Source of the DNA: Vairimorpha necatrix
Lineage: Eukaryota
Length of the DNA stretch: 64,000 nt
NCBI GenBank assembly: GCA_036630325.1
Contig: CP142736.1
Span: 248,001 to 312,000, forward strand
Direction: 5' to 3'
The notes under the pieces were generated by a model. It had not been told where the DNA came from and ran no database searches. It was given only the letters and a program-made list of their open reading frames with translations. Positions 60,089 through 64,000 of the stretch are shown here, piece after piece (positions within the stretch are counted from its first letter, which is position 1; each line of letters starts with the position of its first letter). Made by a program: the position numbers and the translations under genes.

Positions 60089-61081
60089 ATGATTGAAATA
60101 TTAGATGAAGATTTATTTCAAATTATAAATCTTTTTATAAATAAAAAAGTGGTCATAATCACAGGAGCAGGCATTTCTGTCTCCAGTGGAATCCCAGACT
60201 TCAGATCTAAAACTGGAATATTTAAAGACATAAAAAAGAAGTACAAAATCAACGGAGAAGATCTTTTCAGTTTTAAATTCAGTCTAGACGAAAGAACAAG
60301 GGAAATATATTTGGACTATATTTGTGAACTTAAGACACTAGTAGATTCTTCTAGGCCTTCTTACACACACAACTTCTTTAAATATTTATCAAAAATATCT
60401 CAGCTACGAGTTTATACACAAAATATTGACAGTCTAGAAGAGAAGGCCGGACTCGGCCTAGAAAATCTGGTCTATTTACACGGAAATCTCAAATATCTAA
60501 AATGTCTGTATTGTGGAGACACTTCTGAGTTTACTGACCCAGAAATAATAAAATCTTCTCCAACTTGCTCTAATTGTAAAGTGTCAAATATAAGACTTAG
60601 AAATGTGCCAAGATATCTTCATACAAATATAATCCACTACCATCAAGATCACCCTGACTCAGATTTGATATCTGATTGTATAAAAAAAGACAGTGACTGT
60701 GATCTGCTCATTGTAGTCGGAACAAGTCTAAATGTCTTCGGAGTGAGAAATATGGTAAAATATTTCAAGAAGATTTGTAGTACAAGAATATTTGTAAATA
60801 AAGAAGACTGTAAAAGTTCACTGAGAAAATATTTCACACATTTTTACAAAGGCACTTCAGACAACTTCTTTAAATTAGTAAAAAAAGAAATTACAAATTA
60901 TGACATAGATATTTCACTACAAGACATTTCACTACAAGATATAGAAAATTCATCAGGAATAAATAAAGACGAAACAGGATTGAAAAAACTATCAGAAAAA
61001 AATATACAGAAAAATATGAAAAGGCTTTCTTTGACGAAAGAGGAAATTGTAAACAATTTCCTTTTACTAACCAAGAAGTGA
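60089..61081 (+). CDS. Sir2-family NAD-dependent deacetylase (possibly Hst3/Hst4-like)
   Basis: GAGISVSSGIPDFRS, YTQNIDSLE, LHG, CxxC..CxxC, VGTSL. Confidence 0.95.
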   Translation: MIEILDEDLFQIINLFINKKVVIITGAGISVSSGIPDFRSKTGIFKDIKKKYKINGEDLFSFKFSLDERTREIYLDYICELKTLVDSSRPSYTHNFFKYLSKISQLRVYTQNIDSLEEKAGLGLENLVYLHGNLKYLKCLYCGDTSEFTDPEIIKSSPTCSNCKVSNIRLRNVPRYLHTNIIHYHQDHPDSDLISDCIKKDSDCDLLIVVGTSLNVFGVRNMVKYFKKICSTRIFVNKEDCKSSLRKYFTHFYKGTSDNFFKLVKKEITNYDIDISLQDISLQDIENSSGINKDETGLKKLSEKNIQKNMKRLSLTKEEIVNNFLLLTKK

Positions 61082-61082
61082 T

Positions 61083-63347
61083 TTATTTAAAGCACTCCCA
61101 CATATCAGACTCAGAAGGGGAAGATTTCGACTTCTTAGTGTCTTCTTTATTGATGTCTTCTTTATTATTGTTTTGCTTAGTTTCTTCTTTATCATTGTCA
61201 TCTATATTAGTGTTTTGCTTGATGTCTTCTTGATTATAAGCAAACGGCCTTTTCTGTGTAATGTCATCATCATAAGAAGATCTGGATCTTATCTTTTTAC
61301 TATTAGACTTATCATAATTGAAAGATCTTGACTTAATATTGATCAATTCAGGCTCATATTTAGCAGATCTAGAGGGGTTATCTTCTTTTGTCTTTAAATA
61401 TCTTCTTTTATATTTCTTAACTTGTCTCTTGAGATTCCTTATCTTCAGATCCTTGATTTTATACTTATTACATATTTCTTCTGCCAATCTCAGATCTTCT
61501 AATTTTTCATTTAACTCTGCGACTTTTAAAATCAAAATCCTTTTAATTTCTGCATTCTTAATTCTTATTCTATCGTATTCTTCTTTTATATTTTCCAGAT
61601 CTCTTAAATTAATTGTATCAATTAATTCTGTAAATTTTGATACGTAAAACACTTTACAAGCATGAAATAATCCAGGTATATTCATTATTTCAATATTCGA
61701 TTCATTACTTGTTATAAAATCCCGGACTTTGTTTACAATTTGTTGTAAATTTGTTTTATATTTCATATTTTCATTTTTTATGTTAATATTCATATTTTTC
61801 AATGTATCTATTTCATTCTTAAAATTTAGCAGATTTTTATCTGTAGAAGATTTGTATACTTCGTAACTCTTAGTAATAGTTTCATGATTTATAGAAAGTG
61901 TATTGTGCATTACTTCTAGAGCGAATTTCTGATTAGATAAATCTGTATTTAATTTTTGGAGTAGAGAAATCTCGGATTTTAATCTTGTATTGTCTTCTTT
62001 TAAATATTTATAGCGTAGTTTTATATTCTGTTTATCTTGGTGTAATTTATCAATTTTAGAAAGAATAAATAATTTGATCTGGGAAATATCTTCTTTATAT
62101 GAATTAATCTTAGTATTATTAATTTTTTTAGGATCTTGATTTTGTATTGGTGTGTTTGTCTCATACATGACATTATTCAGATTATTATTTGCAAGGCCCG
62201 ATTTATGTATTTCGTACTTGACATTATTTGTAGGTGCTGATATGTTTGTCTTATACTTATCATTACTTAGATTATAATTTGTTGGTCCCGATGTGTGTAT
62301 TTCGTACTTGATATTATTTGAATTATTATTTACAGGAGTTGCTGTGTCAATTTTGTAGTTGATATTATTGTAATTATTATTTACAAGTTCTGGTGTGTCT
62401 TCTGCGTGCTTCATTTTTTTATGGTTCAAATTATACTGGACTGGATTATTCTGCATTGACGTGTCTATTTCATGATTATTATTTTTATATTTTCTTCGTA
62501 TTGACTTGTCTATCTCATATTCTTCATTTTTAATATTTGATTTATTTTTTATATTTCTTTGTACTGACGTGTCTATCTCGTCATTATCATTTTTAAGAAT
62601 TAGATTATAACCTACTGGAATATCTTGCGGAGAAAAATTCAGCTTCTTTTTTTCATGCGAAAAAATCGTTTGAGTTTTTAAATCCGCTTCTTTTGATAAA
62701 TCTTTAAATTGTTTTTCGAAATTTCCATTCGTTTCATTAATTTGGTCTGTAGAATATTTGTTTGTATCATTATTTCCTTCTTTACAGTTTTTATTTGTAT
62801 TATAATTTTCATCTTTACAGTTTAAATTCGACTTAATTTTTTTTGTACAATATTTGTTTGCCTTTTTATTTTCATCTTTACAGTAAAAACTTGTACCAGG
62901 AATTTGATCTGTAGAATATTTGTTTGCCTTTTTATTTTCATCTTTACAGTTTAAATACGTATTATTATTTTCATCTGTAGAATATTTGTTTATCTTATTA
63001 ATTCCATCTTTACAATTTTCTTTAGTCTTTCGGCTTAATTTTTCATTATTTTTCGTCTCACTTTTTTCTTCACTATAACTTTTCTTACTTTCACTAACAT
63101 ATTGTGTCTCATTAAGACATTTGATTTCTTGTTCTTCGTCCAAATAATTTTTTTCATCGTTTATACTTTCTAGACATTCATCTATCTCTGATAATTTCTC
63201 AAAAGAATCTTCATGTAAAGCCTGTGATATTTGCCGAGAAATGTCGTCTTTCGTATTTATTTCTTTGAGGTTTCTGTTTTTGAATAAGATTATTGGTTTA
63301 GGTTTCATTGGAGTTGAATATCTAAACTTGGGATTTTTATCATTCAT
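61083..63347 (-). CDS. Hypothetical Asn/Lys-rich protein with internal repeats and a C-terminal coiled coil
   Basis: Long ORF (start at 63347 or 63389); CKDENKKANKY repeats; heptad-rich C-terminal half. Confidence 0.85.
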   Translation of the reverse strand: MNDKNPKFRYSTPMKPKPIILFKNRNLKEINTKDDISRQISQALHEDSFEKLSEIDECLESINDEKNYLDEEQEIKCLNETQYVSESKKSYSEEKSETKNNEKLSRKTKENCKDGINKINKYSTDENNNTYLNCKDENKKANKYSTDQIPGTSFYCKDENKKANKYCTKKIKSNLNCKDENYNTNKNCKEGNNDTNKYSTDQINETNGNFEKQFKDLSKEADLKTQTIFSHEKKKLNFSPQDIPVGYNLILKNDNDEIDTSVQRNIKNKSNIKNEEYEIDKSIRRKYKNNNHEIDTSMQNNPVQYNLNHKKMKHAEDTPELVNNNYNNINYKIDTATPVNNNSNNIKYEIHTSGPTNYNLSNDKYKTNISAPTNNVKYEIHKSGLANNNLNNVMYETNTPIQNQDPKKINNTKINSYKEDISQIKLFILSKIDKLHQDKQNIKLRYKYLKEDNTRLKSEISLLQKLNTDLSNQKFALEVMHNTLSINHETITKSYEVYKSSTDKNLLNFKNEIDTLKNMNINIKNENMKYKTNLQQIVNKVRDFITSNESNIEIMNIPGLFHACKVFYVSKFTELIDTINLRDLENIKEEYDRIRIKNAEIKRILILKVAELNEKLEDLRLAEEICNKYKIKDLKIRNLKRQVKKYKRRYLKTKEDNPSRSAKYEPELINIKSRSFNYDKSNSKKIRSRSSYDDDITQKRPFAYNQEDIKQNTNIDDNDKEETKQNNNKEDINKEDTKKSKSSPSESDMWECFK

Positions 63348-64000
63348 GCAAAAAATTGGAAAAAAAAAATTATTTATGCTTTTTTGCATAAACTAAACAG
63401 TTTGTTTGTTTTTAAAATTAATAAATTGCTAATATAAGTATATTACAATAAAAAAACATGCAATGATGTAATATAGAAACACATAGATATAGAATAAAAA
63501 AACAATCACTTGAAATGATTGTTTTTAAGAGATATTTGAAAATTTTAAAAATTCAAAATAAAAGACGGAAATGTGATTAAAAAGCTTAAAAATACTGGCA
63601 CACCTCAAAATCTACAAAGCAGCGGCTTGTCGTCTTTTTGTTTTCACAGAGAAAATTACCTGATTTCTGAATAATAAAAACTTCGGATATTTTTGCGATA
63701 AATGAATTGGGCAAATTTATAATAGCCTTATTTAATTTAAAAAATTTACACATTGATACAATTTACCTTTTATTTTTTTCACTGAAATTTATTTCTAAAA
63801 AACTTAAAGAATTATTTTTAAATTATTTTATTGGTTGTTTCACGTCTAATACCACTCTTATATTCATTGCTAATAACTCACTACAAAGATATTTAAAAAC
63901 ATATGGCATTTCCAGCGTATTGAAAGTTTTTCCTCCACACACACATTTGTTGTTATTTGTAAACAAAATAATTCTACAATTACAACAATATGTGAAGACT

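Noticed and set aside
4532-61647. Many antisense ORFs over long genes (e.g. 4532, 11916, 21771, 28355, 58529, 61318)
   Set aside because: Expected shadows of codon bias on the opposite strand.

Overview
AT-rich eukaryotic DNA from a microsporidian, most likely Vairimorpha/Nosema. The evidence is a compact intronless RPB1 with 17 CTD heptads, reduced ribosomal proteins, CCC motifs just upstream of start codons and tiny intergenic gaps; the species was not verified. Two compact housekeeping islands are present: RPB1, PheRS-beta, Skp1-like, RPL13/RPS16 and V-ATPase F at 21.5-32.6 kb; and ARL, tRNA-Arg, a fidgetin-like AAA ATPase, a sirtuin and a coiled-coil protein at 56.3-63.4 kb. They sit among TE-rich accessory DNA: a Tc1/IS630 relic, five Merlin elements or relics, a two-copy Merlin-type MITE family, two tandem non-autonomous Helitrons, decayed RLE-type LINEs, a two-copy tRNA-headed SINE family and two Ty3/gypsy elements. 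Most notable: (i) both LTR elements have ultra-short LTRs (63 and 49 bp) containing a CCCC motif and an ATG that reads through the primer-binding site into gag; (ii) one LTR element carries a second gag-like gene with a CCHC knuckle downstream of integrase, while the other appears to lack a protease; (iii) a ~790-bp tRNA-derived SINE with poly(A) and a 13-bp TSD; (iv) Merlin TIRs that contain the transposase start codon at both ends; (v) an old tandem triplication of [LINE relic + Cys-rich membrane-protein gene + ARL] with reciprocal gene decay. All calls are by-eye readings without database searches.
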